The translations under genes and the position numbers were made by a program. Below are positions 23,677 to 34,299 of a DNA stretch of 34,639 bases, one piece after another. The notes under the pieces were generated by a model that was not told the origin of the DNA, ran no database searches, and worked only from the letters and a program-made list of their open reading frames with translations. The DNA comes from Octopus bimaculoides (Eukaryota): positions 95,009,779-95,044,417 of the forward strand of contig NC_068985.1 in the NCBI RefSeq assembly GCF_001194135.2. The letters run 5' to 3'. The stretch's first letter is position 1, and every line of letters starts with the position of its first letter.

Positions 23677-23725
23677 ACATACATACATACATACATACAA
23701 ATCTATGTATGTATGTATGTATGTC
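23553..23725. repeat. Compound tetranucleotide microsatellite (ATCT)n-(GTCT)n-(ATCT)n-(ACAT)n-(GTAT)n
   Basis: Read directly from the sequence. Confidence 0.97.
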
Positions 23726-24167
23726 TGAGTGTTTGTGTTTGTGTGAATGTATGTAATTCTATATATGCATATATATGTATATTTGTTTATGTATGTCTCT
23801 ACGTTTATAATGATGAGTGTGTGTGTCTTACTGAATTCTGTTTTTCTGAGATCTCCAAAATTTCAACTGTATCTTTACTGATTTCATGTCGACATATTAT
23901 ATACAAATGAAGTCTTACGATCGATACACGCCGTTTCTTTATCTTCTGTACCTTTTTCGCCGCCCTCTCTCGTTCTCCTTCTTTACAATTAGACGTCTAG
24001 TACAGCTTATTTTCCCAGAAATTACTTAGCTCTGACGACTGTCTGATGAACACACCTCATGGAAAAATAAACTCTGATGCTAATGAACCAGTGCAATGAC
24101 GTTTGGTGTTACAACACTCGGCAGAGACATAAAGATCAACGATCATTTCAAAAATATGAATGCCGAT

Positions 24168-24233
24168 AACAACACCATCATCATCAACAACAACAACAAC
24201 AACAACAATAATAATTATAATAATAATAATAAT
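24168..24233. repeat. (ATC)(AAC)n(AAT)n microsatellite; tail of the adjacent minus-strand SINE
   Basis: Read directly from the sequence. Confidence 0.93.
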
Positions 24234-24423
24234 GATTCCAATTTTTTGCACAAGGCCAGCAATATCGGGGAAGGAGTAAGTTGACTCCATCGACCAAAGT
24301 GCTCACCCGATAGTATTTTATAGACCTCGAAAGATGAAAGGCAATGCACACCACGGCGGAATTTGAACTCAGGACGTAAATTCGGACGAAATGCTGGTAT
24401 CAATGTTGTATGGCCCACCGCCT
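24234..24423 (-). mobile_element. SINE family B
   Basis: gcacaaggccagcaa...catcgacc..gaaagatgaaaggcaa..cggcggaatttgaactcaggacgtaa matches 19368-19578. Confidence 0.85.
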
Positions 24424-24609
24424 TCACAACACGAATAACAACAGCAATAATAAGAATAAGAATAATGATTAGAAGAACGATAATAATAATGATAATAATG
24501 AAAGAAATATTAATAATTAACAGTATTAACGTTAACGATAATAACAGTAACATTATCTGCATCAACGAAAACCAACAATAACAATATCAGTCGCAAAGGC
24601 AAGAATAAG

Positions 24610-24637
24610 AACCATAACCACCACCACCACCACCATC

Positions 24638-24678
<41 letters not shown>

Positions 24679-24692
24679 AATGATAATATTAT
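24610..24692. repeat. (ACC)n-(AAC)n-(AAT) microsatellite
   Basis: Read directly from the sequence. Confidence 0.93.
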
Positions 24693-24695
24693 TAT

Positions 24696-24835
24696 CGTTT
24701 CTAATGTAGACACTAGTCCTCAAAGTTTGTTTGGGAGAGATTTAGTTCACACCATTGAACAAAATATTTGACTGTCATTTTATCGTATTGATTGTGAATA
24801 GATGAATGTATAAGTTGACATCGGTGGAATGTGTA
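24696..24835 (-). mobile_element. SINE family B, old and degenerate
   Basis: tttctaatgtagacactagtcc...gatgaatgtataagttgacatcggtggaatgtg follows the family B reverse complement. Confidence 0.55.
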
Positions 24836-24947
24836 CAACAAAGAAGCAGGAACAAAGGTGGCAAGTAATATATATATTTGACTGTTTAAGTATTTGGTTG
24901 GCTCACCGGCTTAAACAAGACACAATAACAACAGCAATAATAATTGT

Positions 24948-25150
24948 AATTTCAAATTTTGGTACAAGGCCAGCATATTTAAGGGGAGCCATTTAGTCGT
25001 TTCCTTCAGTCGTAGAAGTATTACATTCATAGATCTTGAAAGAATGAGATGCGAAGTCGATCTTGACGGAAGCTGAACACAGAACGTAAACATGAGGAAG
25101 AAAGAAATGTAGCCAAGTATCTTCTTCGACTCGCTAACGATCGCGCTAAC
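24948..25150 (-). mobile_element. SINE family B, degenerate
   Basis: tttcaaattttggtacaaggccagca...gaaagaatgagatgcgaagtcgatcttgacggaagctgaacacagaacgtaa...gctaacgat. Confidence 0.7.
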
Positions 25151-25159
25151 GTAACCCCT

Positions 25160-25350
25160 TCTATTAGGTCTGAAATTTTGGTATGGTGTCATGTCGATTG
25201 CATCGACCCCAATATTCAACTGGTACACATTTAATCGACCCCAAAATGCTGAAAGGCAACGTAAACCCCGGCGGCATTTGAACTCGGAATATAAAGTCGA
25301 GAAAAATACATCTAAACATTATTCCAGACTCGGTAACGATGCTGCCAAAT
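25160..25350 (-). mobile_element. SINE family B
   Basis: gtcgattgcatcgaccccaatattcaactggtac..atcgacccc..gaaaggcaacgtaaaccccggcggcatttgaactcggaa..aacgatgctgcca. Confidence 0.82.
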
Positions 25351-25353
25351 ATG

Positions 25354-25503
<150 letters not shown>

Positions 25504-26151
25504 GCACAAAAACAAGAATTATTTAGGTCGGTCGGAACAGTTGAATAAATCGATTTCCCTTCATGACTGGTGGTTTAATTTCGGTAAATCCGAATGTATG
25601 ATAGGCAGCATTAACCACAACACAACTTCATATGAGACCGTACAGACGAAACAAGAAACATAATGCATGATTTCATATGGCAGTCCTTTTCTCGTAAAAG
25701 TACAACACCTATTATACAAAAAATCTGGATCTGAGATCTATACGAAGTCGTATTCATTTGGTCTGTGTTCTCATACGCAAACTGAAACGAGTGAGCAATG
25801 CGTTGTATTATAAAACAAATTATATTTTCGGAAGTATATCATTTACACTGAACACCTTGTGCTGAGCACTCCAACCTTCACATATGCAATACTTAGGTGG
25901 ATCAAAACAAGGAGACATCTAGGAACTTGTGTTTGCTCGCTACTCATTTCAGAAGTTCCTATAGAATAATGAAGTTCGTGTGTACTGGGATTTAACAATG
26001 AAGCAATATATGGTTATATTCTCTCTCCCTAACACATTCACACACACACATATATACTACAAGCGAAGTGAGAGACTGGGAAAGTTTTCTGTGTGTAAAT
26101 GCTTTTGAAAATGTAGTTTGCCGTTACAAGTAACAATCTAATACGACTTTT

Positions 26152-26168
26152 ACACACGCACACGCACA

Positions 26169-26210
<42 letters not shown>

Positions 26211-26250
26211 AACAAACACACACATACACACACACACATACACACACACA
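26152..26250. repeat. (CA)n microsatellite about 260 bp downstream of the GPCR stop (probable 3' UTR)
   Basis: Read directly from the sequence. UTR placement is inferred. Confidence 0.93.
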
Positions 26251-26510
26251 AATATATCACATAATAATGTGTATACAATCTGATATTATTCTTAATTAGG
26301 GGATCATATTATGAAACAACATTGTCAAATGCGATATATCAATGTTAAAAATTAGATTATACATAAATATTTTTGCTTGTACACGTTAATAAACAGCAAT
26401 AACAACATTCAAATTGTTTGTTAAAATTTCAGAAAAAGAATTTTACATCGAAATACATAAAGCAATGTAAACATTGAAAATCTGAGGAGGAGAGAAATAT
26501 TTCTAGAATG

Positions 26511-27611
26511 TCATACATTGATTCCATGTGACATGGTATTCATGACAATAGTATTTTGTTGAGTGTCTGTATTATTTCGCTTTGTTTCTAGGAGGGCGTG
26601 TCCAGTTCGACGATTCCATTTCTTTTTCGAGTTATCAAATAATAAGCATATTTCTTTTTTGAAGTTATCATTTAGCCATCCATAGAGAAAAGGATTGATG
26701 CATGAAGAACTCATGGCAAAACTTTTAAGAAACAAGTCTGTTACTTTGAAAAACTTCCCTTTCACAAGATCGGGGTCAAATTCAACAAAAAGACTGAAAA
26801 TATTCCATGGAAGCCAGCATATTGTAAAGAGTGTAACTATAGATACAAGAATCCGATTGGTCCTCTGACTTCGTCTATGCTCAGTTTTTTTCACTGGCCT
26901 GTTTTTCAAGACAGTATAGATACGACTGTAAAGAATTGAAGTAGCAATAATGGGAATGCAGAATTGCAGCAGAAATACAGATACTGTATAAACTCTCCTG
27001 ATTACTTCTGAAGGCCACTCTTCGCCGCAGAGTGTTTTATCAAGTTGTATTGCTGGTATATTCAATACAACAAGCTTACTGTATATCACCATAGGAATAG
27101 CAGGGCCAATTGCCAGAAGGGCTATTAGTAGTGTTAAACGAAGCGCCATTTTGTTACTCATCCGCTTTCTAAAAGGATAAACAATTAGAATATAGCGATC
27201 AATTGCAATCATTAAAATACACATAGTTGAGTCGTATATAGGTATAGCAAAAGATGAATTAAATACAGTACACATAATATTTCCAAATACCCAGTTGTCG
27301 CTGAGTTGATAATGAAGTTGAAAGGGTAAATTAAAAATACACATGCCAATATCCGAGATAGCTAGGTTGGCAATGAAAATGTTTGTGACTGAATGGAATT
27401 GTTTGTTAGTCATTATTATTAAAGCTATAGTTATGTTACCAAAAATTCCAATTAACATGATTAGTACGTAGACAAATATTATCACAATTTTCCATTGTAA
27501 TTTTTGTGTATAGTCATATTCCATCTTGATAGTAAAATTATTATCTTCAAAATAATCTTCGGATAAATTAAACTTTTGTAAAAATTCATTATATTTCAGC
27601 ATGTTATCCAT
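26511..27611 (-). CDS. Class A (rhodopsin-like) neuropeptide GPCR, NPY/NPF-sNPF-PrRP receptor-like; intronless CDS, 366 aa from the first ATG
   Basis: Seven hydrophobic segments with class A motifs in order: TM1 GN (GIFGNI), TM2 LAISD, ECL1 WVFG..C, TM3 DRY, ECL2 CGEEWP, TM5 FLLQFCIP, TM6 CWLP, TM7 AMSSSCINPFLYGWLNDNF. That TM7/helix-8 string is typical of NPY/NPF/sNPF/PrRP-type receptors. N-terminal N-glycosylation sequons NLS and NFT. The track ORF starts at a TTG (27644); the first in-frame ATG is at 27611 in a good Kozak context (aaacATGG). Confidence 0.95.
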   Translation of the reverse strand: MDNMLKYNEFLQKFNLSEDYFEDNNFTIKMEYDYTQKLQWKIVIIFVYVLIMLIGIFGNITIALIIMTNKQFHSVTNIFIANLAISDIGMCIFNLPFQLHYQLSDNWVFGNIMCTVFNSSFAIPIYDSTMCILMIAIDRYILIVYPFRKRMSNKMALRLTLLIALLAIGPAIPMVIYSKLVVLNIPAIQLDKTLCGEEWPSEVIRRVYTVSVFLLQFCIPIIATSILYSRIYTVLKNRPVKKTEHRRSQRTNRILVSIVTLFTICWLPWNIFSLFVEFDPDLVKGKFFKVTDLFLKSFAMSSSCINPFLYGWLNDNFKKEICLLFDNSKKKWNRRTGHALLETKRNNTDTQQNTIVMNTMSHGINV

Positions 27612-27686
27612 GTTTATAGTTACGATAAGCAAAGACCCAAACAATCAATCAAACAATGTCTGTCAGTGACGCATTTGTCGATCTTT

Positions 27687-27697
27687 CTGAAATTTAT
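27687..27697 (-). other. Candidate splice acceptor of a 5'-UTR intron of the GPCR
   Basis: The minus strand reads ...ataaatttcAG|aaagatc about 75 nt upstream of the ATG. The polypyrimidine tract is short. Inference only. Confidence 0.3.
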
Positions 27698-30334
27698 GTA
27701 TGCATATATATCTAAATGCTGGAATACAGTCAATTAGCGTGCTCTCCGGAACTTTAATTTGATCAATATAATAAGGATACCATCGGTATCAGGAAGATAA
27801 TTACATAAATATTGTTGCGGTAAGATTTATTCAAAACAGATGTCACAATAAGGAATTATAAGAGGTTACCTTTACATTTCTATACGTGTCGGTTGTCCAA
27901 ACGGCGCATTATATACATACTTGCCTGTACGATATATAATATTGTTATTTAACATTTGCATTTGTCGATAAAAACTGAAACCAAAATAGCAGGGATGTTA
28001 TCAAATCTTGATTGGATTAACCTGCCCAGATGATTTCATAAGTGGCATATATATATATTTATATATCGACTAGATCAACCTTATAGTGATTTGCACTTAG
28101 CTATTTATAATCGACACAATTTCGAGCAATTTGTGCTGTGACATATTTTAAAATTAACATCAGATGTTGAAGAGAAAGATGATTTTCTTGTTATCTTATA
28201 TTGAAGAGTGTATATATTCTATTCCATAGTAACATATTGATATCTGACTTATTTTGCAATTAGTTAAATGTCGGGATATGTAAAGTTATGAATGGTGGTA
28301 AAGAGTATTTCTTTCTTGGTATAAACGAAAATACCTTTCATCGTATTTCATTTAAGGTGAACTAAAGGATTTTCAGTACACCGAGTAATATGAACTTGAT
28401 AATGAGTTTAGAGTGAATCAACGGCTAAATTTACCATGTATTTACAGTAGTCTTTGCGCATAAAATATTGTTTTCGAGGTTATGAAATATATGTGAAAAA
28501 CTTTTAAATAATATAACTTCCACGTTCTTGTAATAACGTTAAAGGTTCTAAAATATAAGTATTTCCGAATCGTTTATTCTGTGAACGTGAGACACTCTTG
28601 TGAATAAATCATATGCTGACTTACAAAGGAAATCAATTTGAAAAAGCAAAGATACGTATGGATTCTTGGAAAATACGCCAGAGAATGCAGAAAAAAGAAT
28701 GATAAAAGGTAACTGTAATACGTCAGCGAGTAATATATGAGGATTTCATGAATAATATTCAATTAATTGTTCAACTTGGTGCAATTCCAGGATTTCAGGT
28801 ATCCAGAGTAGGATCATTCACAGGGATTTAGTTCTGAAATAAAATAAAAAGAGAGAAGAGAATAAGATAATGTTTTTAAATGTCAAAAAATGTAACGATA
28901 AAAGNNNNNNNNNNNNNNNNNNNNNNNNNNNNNNNNNNNNNNNNNNNNNNNNNNNNNNNNNNNNNNNNNNNNNNNNNNNNNNNNNNNNNNNNNNNNNNNN
29001 NNNNNNNNNNNNNNNNNNNNNNNNNNNNNNNNNNNNNNNNNNNNNNNNNNNNNNNNNNNNNNNNNNNNNNNNNNNNNNNNNNNNNNNNNNNNNNNNNNNN
29101 NNNNNNNNNNNNNNNNNNNNNNNNNNNNNNNNNNNNNNNNNNNNNNNNNNNNNNNNNNNNNNNNNNNNNNNNNNNNNNNNNNNNNNNNNNNNNNNNNNNN
29201 NNNNNNNNNNNNNNNNNNNNNNNNNNNNNNNTACAGGTGTTAGTTTATTGGGGGTCGTTTAAAGCGGCTGCATTTAATTGATTAATGAAAGCAATATATC
29301 AATTTGAAAGACACCATTCTCGTCAAACAAACGAGAAAACATTTTTAACAAATTTGCATTAATAATGGAAACCAAAATATTTACGTTGGTTCCGTTTGTT
29401 ATAACTTTACCAGAAGGAGTTTAGGCAATAATGCGTACCTTGTTAAGCCTACTACAATTTAGAGGCATAGTATGGGGGGGGGTCAAGATAAAAGGAGTGG
29501 TGAGGTACTTACTTATATTTAGAAGACTTTATGTAGTGTACAGTCTTCAACCATTTACAATTAAATCTATTGCAATTCATCAACTGTATTCTAGTTAATT
29601 ATGTTAAAGCAATTAATGGCAGACAATCTAATAGACTCTCACTTTTCTGGAACCATATATCTAGATTTATCTGCATAAAAGTAGCATGTACATATTTAGA
29701 TCATGAAATAAAGGGAATATACTTCTTAGATATGTTATTATTATAAGGACCATATAAAATAAAAAATATATATATGAATTGAATAAAAATAAAAATAATG
29801 ATAACTATGCAAACGAGTTTATAAAATATACGATACATAGTTATACTAAATATGAGGGAGGAGACTTCCAATTTTGAAGGGGTAAGTGTATAATATAATT
29901 ATTGAAAGATTACAGATCAAAGGGGTTAAGGGGAAATAGAAAGCAATACTACATAGATTTTGAGATAATAGAGTGTATGTTATGAATGATATGACACGTC
30001 GGAGAACTCATGCTACCAGATCATAGTATGATATACTCATTATTAACTGCTTATAAAGCATTTAAATTTTACGGGTAATCCTATGAACACGTGATACTCT
30101 AAGATTTAATTATGAATTAGGTTTTGTTTATCTCTATATTTGAATATTTCATATATCCCCATACAACGTAGTTCCCATCCATATCGGCTGTTTGTGTATG
30201 GCTGAGCTCCACGAACTATATCCCATTTTAGGCTGAATTTACTATTACTATCATTGAGGTCTTAGATTATCGAAGATATTGAGGTGCTGCTGGCTTAACG
30301 CCTAATTCTAAAGGATGAAAAATGGTTATTTGGA

Positions 30335-30408
30335 CTCAGAACACAAGGCCAGACGAAATACCGTTAAGCATTTCGCCCGGCGAGCTAACGATTCCGGCAG
30401 CTCGCTAC
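30335..30408 (-). mobile_element. SINE family B, 5' head only
   Basis: The reverse complement tagcgagctgccggaatcgttagctcgccgggcgaaatgcttaacggtatttcgtctg..gttctgagtccaaat matches the heads at 6896 and 19578. Confidence 0.85.
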
Positions 30409-30524
30409 CTTATGGTATTTATAATAATAGGTGGGGGGGATGTACGAAAAAACAACAACAGACGAGGACAGGTGGTGTAAATAACAAAAGGATGTATTAG
30501 TATGACGCTCGGGAATACGGAAAG

Positions 30525-30561
30525 TCTTTGACGTTTCGAGCTACGCTCTTCAACAGAAAGA
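30525..30561 (-). ncRNA. Minimal type I hammerhead-ribozyme motif (Penelope-LTR type) with an A6U core substitution
   Basis: The minus strand reads TCTTT-CTGTTGA-A-GAGC-gta-GCTC-GAAAC-GTC-AAAGA: 5-bp stem I, 4-bp stem II, GAAAC fused directly to a GUC triplet. It has one mismatch to CUGANGA. Confidence 0.65.
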
Positions 30562-31512
30562 ATACGGAGACAAGGAGAAAAAACACGGAGAAAAAAAAAA
30601 TTGAATAGTGCATATCTAAGAACTTTTTTCAATATACCAATATAATTTATATCATAATTTCATAATTTATAAAAAAAATCCTTATATCATTTATATTTTG
30701 ATTTATCCTTATTTTTGTCTGTATTACATGAATTTGCAAAGAAATATTTTATCACAGATTTTATATATTTTGTACTTTAAATTATTAAATTTATGTATAT
30801 ATATATATACATTTGTACAACTTCAATAACTTATAAAGTGCTTATAATCTCTCTTCATAAACCTTACTGTATAATACAGTATATTTTATAGTCAAAATTA
30901 CACATTATACATTATACATCTGGATCCTTTGCCAGAAGATGGTTCGCTCCAGTGCTGGCAATTTTATCAGAATGAGCCATGCATTGTTAACCAGCTAGGG
31001 AAAATGTCCTCTTAGGGTTAAAAAATCGCAGTAGAGTCTCTTAGAGAGATTTTAGAATAAGTAGTTTTGCTCGTCATAATACAAGTGTCCGGGACAATAT
31101 CCATTTTATGAAACATATAATGTTTGCATTTTGTAAAGACCTTGCTTCATTTAAATTTTCGTCTTCAAGATGATCCATAAAAACCTTCATACATAATTTC
31201 ATTACGAAAATATTTGCATATCTCTATGATATTCTTTGAAATACATTTAATATAAGGTAGAAATGGAGAATATTGAAATTAATTTTGAAAGCGTTTCACA
31301 TGAAGCTCAGTAAATAGTTCTAATTTAATTACTTTGCGGCTTATCATTACTTCAGAGTGAAATTTGCCAAATCTAAGATTTCAAATACATTGATATTATA
31401 AGCTATTATAAACTGCCAATTTTACTGAAAAAGAAATATGAAAATATAAAGGTTAGCGGTTTATACGTGTTTTGAAAAGATTAATGAATAATTGCGTAGT
31501 CTAATGCTAACG

Positions 31513-31720
31513 TCAGTGGTGGTAGTGTTGGTGGTGCAGATGAGGAGGGTCAGATATTAATAATGATGATGACGATGATGATGGTGATATACTGATGACG
31601 ATGACGATCGTGACGATAGATTTGGTGATATCCACGATGCTGCTGCTGCTGCTGCTGAAGTTATAGACGACGATGAAGACGCCGGCGACCACGACGATGA
31701 TGAGGATGGCGTTGATAATG
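31513..31720. repeat. Degenerate trinucleotide tract (GAT/GAC/GCT/GGT)
   Basis: Read directly from the sequence. Confidence 0.8.
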
Positions 31721-31724
31721 GTAA

Positions 31725-31809
31725 TTCGGCTGATATACCTTCTAGTCTTCATCAGGTGTCTTGGGGAAAATTTCGAACATGGGTTCTAATTCCTAAGGTA
31801 TTTTACGAT
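31725..31809 (-). mobile_element. Inverted, 3'-truncated copy of the hammerhead-bearing repeat at 31908-32088
   Basis: The reverse complement atcgtaaaataccttaggaattagaaccc...ccccaagacac-CTGATGA-a-gactagaaggtatatcagcc-GAA aligns to 31908-31990 with 12 substitutions and 2 gaps in 85 columns (counted by eye). It stops at GAA. Confidence 0.85.
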
Positions 31810-31834
31810 TCCACTGTCTGGAATCGAACACGGA

Positions 31835-31838
<4 letters not shown>

Positions 31839-31888
<50 letters not shown>

Positions 31889-31905
31889 TAATAATAATAA
31901 TAATA
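31839..31905. repeat. (AAT)n microsatellite in the spacer of the inverted pair
   Basis: Read directly from the sequence. Confidence 0.98.
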
Positions 31906-31907
31906 AC

Positions 31908-32088
31908 ATCGAAAAATACCTTTGGAATGAGAACTCAGGTTGGAAATTTCTCCAAGATACCTGAGGAAGGCTGGAGGGTATATCGCCGAAACGTTGTGTT
32001 AACAACAAACAAGATGAGGACAAATATCAGCCAAATGTAAATAATGTAAATAATGTACATATTTCCTCAACTTTTAAATATAGAACTG
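31908..32088 (+). mobile_element. Short repeat resembling a Penelope LTR (pLTR) and carrying a hammerhead ribozyme
   Basis: Contains the hammerhead below and a short tandem (aaatgtaaataatgtaaataatgta). Its PLE origin is inferred from the known association of minimal hammerheads with PLE terminal repeats. Confidence 0.65.
31956..32000 (+). ncRNA. Minimal type I hammerhead ribozyme with an intact core, a loop-less palindromic stem III (AACGUU) and a predicted cut after GUU at 31995
   Basis: GATAC-CTGAGGA-A-GGC(tggagggtatatc)GCC-GAAAC-GTT-GTGTT. Stem I gatac/gtgtt is 5 bp including two G-U pairs. CUGANGA is intact, there is an extra A after A9, and stem II is 3 bp here (5 bp, GGCTG/CAGCC, when reconstructed with the inverted copy). 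Confidence 0.75.
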
Positions 32089-33520
32089 ATTGAGATTTGT
32101 TTAATATTTAGGTCATTTGTTCATTACAAAAAATCTATTTTAATATAACCGCTTATTTTCAGCCTAGATACACGTGAAAAATAAATAGATTTTAAACTAC
32201 AAATCCTGGGAATATCCTGTGTTTTACCAATGATTAGTGAGTATTATATGTGTCCGTTGGTTGGTAGTGCAAGTGTCTAAGTGAAGGCGAATGGCAAACA
32301 GTAAAAAGGGTGAAGGATTTGGAGACAATGGAAGAGGAAGTAATGACAAGCTGTATCTGGTGACTATGAAATATATAGAAACGTCGACGCATCACCCTGT
32401 ATGATACTCCACATGAAGCCTGTATATAATATTAACATTTAGATTAACAACAGCTCTTGATGAGGGCGGGTATGTTGACGAATAGCATCGAAAGGTCTTT
32501 AACAAACAACCGACAGATTAACCAACATATTAAACAAACGACCGATTGATTAGTCAGATATTGAACAGATTGACTAACAATAAAGAAGTGATATGGAAAC
32601 AGTGCATGTGTTTATCATTACTGACATAAGGACCCTCCGAAGACACAAACACATTAAGAAGAAAGTTTTCCTAAGATAACAAAAGTAAATACCTATTTTT
32701 CAGCGCAGAATATTTCCGAAGGAAAATTACAGCCTTTGATTAAGTAATCCCGTAATTTCGGCAAAAATGAATTATTTTAGATAGGAGCATGTTCATTTCC
32801 CTATATTTCATCGAATGCATGAAATTAATACTTAGAGGGAAAGCATTAAAGTTTATCGCGTGAAGGGCTTGCAAAATAAAAATAAATTTCAGAACAAAAA
32901 TTGAAATCACAGCTAATATTAAAAGAGATATGCAGAAATAACTCAAAGTTTTTTGCTTGATTTCTAAAAGTCATCCAGGAATTTTCGAAATGATCATAAA
33001 TCACAGACCAATGCATATTGCAAATTCGCATTTGTAATAATAAATACATCAATATAAAGACACAGAAGTATCACTTAATGTAACGATGAAAAATGAGGTG
33101 ACATATATTGCATTATCTTAGCATTCTACTAGATGGAAAGGTTGTCACATAAATTACTGGATGAAGTATATGTTTAAAATGTTCTATGGGGAGTTTGTCT
33201 TGGAATTTGAATAATTTTTTACATTGCAATAAATTAATTTTCACAATAAATGGTGGTATAAATTAATGCTTTAAACATATGATACGTCTTTATTGCAATC
33301 GTGCTCTGTCGTGATATAACAATCACTTAAATAAATTAAAGTTTCTCAATTTCACCTTCAATTAAATCATAGTGATGCTTATATAAATGTCTTGCCTTTA
33401 AGACATTTAAATAACTAGGATACGTTTTCAAATATAATGTTAGCAGAAATTTCAGTAACATTTCTGAATGGAAATAATAATTATATACACGTTCACGGCA
33501 AACGCACAATTGTGTACGCA

Positions 33521-34180
33521 TACGGGTTTCGATCAATAAGTATCAGGACTGTTGCGATAGAAACGAAGCTAAAACACTCAAAGTGAAGTCCATAGGCAAA
33601 GATTGACCTTACACTCTGCTGTGTCCGTGCACTACGTTTTAACGTTCTAGCTTGCTTCCGCTGTTTACAGCAGTGCTTGGAAGGAAGGTGTGTAGGATTT
33701 AGTCGTCGTATTGACCATGACAGAGAAAGTTGTCATAGCGATACTTTCTCAGAGGCATACGAAAAGTTGCAAAAAGTGTATGGAGAGGTGTGTATAAGCC
33801 GCACACAAGTGTACGAGTGGTTCAGACATTTCAAAGTTCACTGAAAAAATATCGATTTCGACGAACGTTATGGAAAACATGCAATTAAAACAACTGAGAA
33901 AAAACATTGCAGATGTACATGCAGCTGTGTCGGAAAAATCTTTGAATCACCATCAGAGGATGTGCAGATTAGTTAAGGTTTAATTCAGTCCATTATCACT
34001 GAAGATTTGAGTATGAGACGCGTGTCTGCCAAGTTTGAGCCACAACTGCTTTCGGCTGACCAAAGAGTTTTTCGGCCTTCATTCAGTTGCACAAGATCTC
34101 CTTGATTATGTCGAGAACGAGGAAAAAAATTTGAAAACTTTGGGTAAGCCTCTGAGCAAGTATCGCCAAGCTTTTTGCAA
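33521..34180 (+). mobile_element. Mariner transposon remnant (5' end plus DNA-binding half, no catalytic triad)
   Basis: Reads EAYEKLQKVYGEVCISRTQVYEWFRHFK (HTH), EDLSMRRVSAKFEPQLLSADQ (WVPHEL-equivalent linker) and LDYVENEEKNLKT, after which homology is lost before the first D. The putative left end is TAcgggtttcgatcaataagtatc. Confidence 0.88.
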
Positions 34181-34299
34181 ACTTTGATGCAGATTCTCTG
34201 CTCAGATCACGTCTTGCGCTAAGAAAGCCTAAAGCCTAAGCATTTACATTGCAAAATGAAAGAACATATATATGAAGAACGTATTTGATCTACACATTC

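Noticed and set aside
27612-27644. TTG start for the GPCR as given in the ORF track
   Set aside because: The locus is eukaryotic, and an in-frame ATG with a strong Kozak context lies 11 codons downstream.
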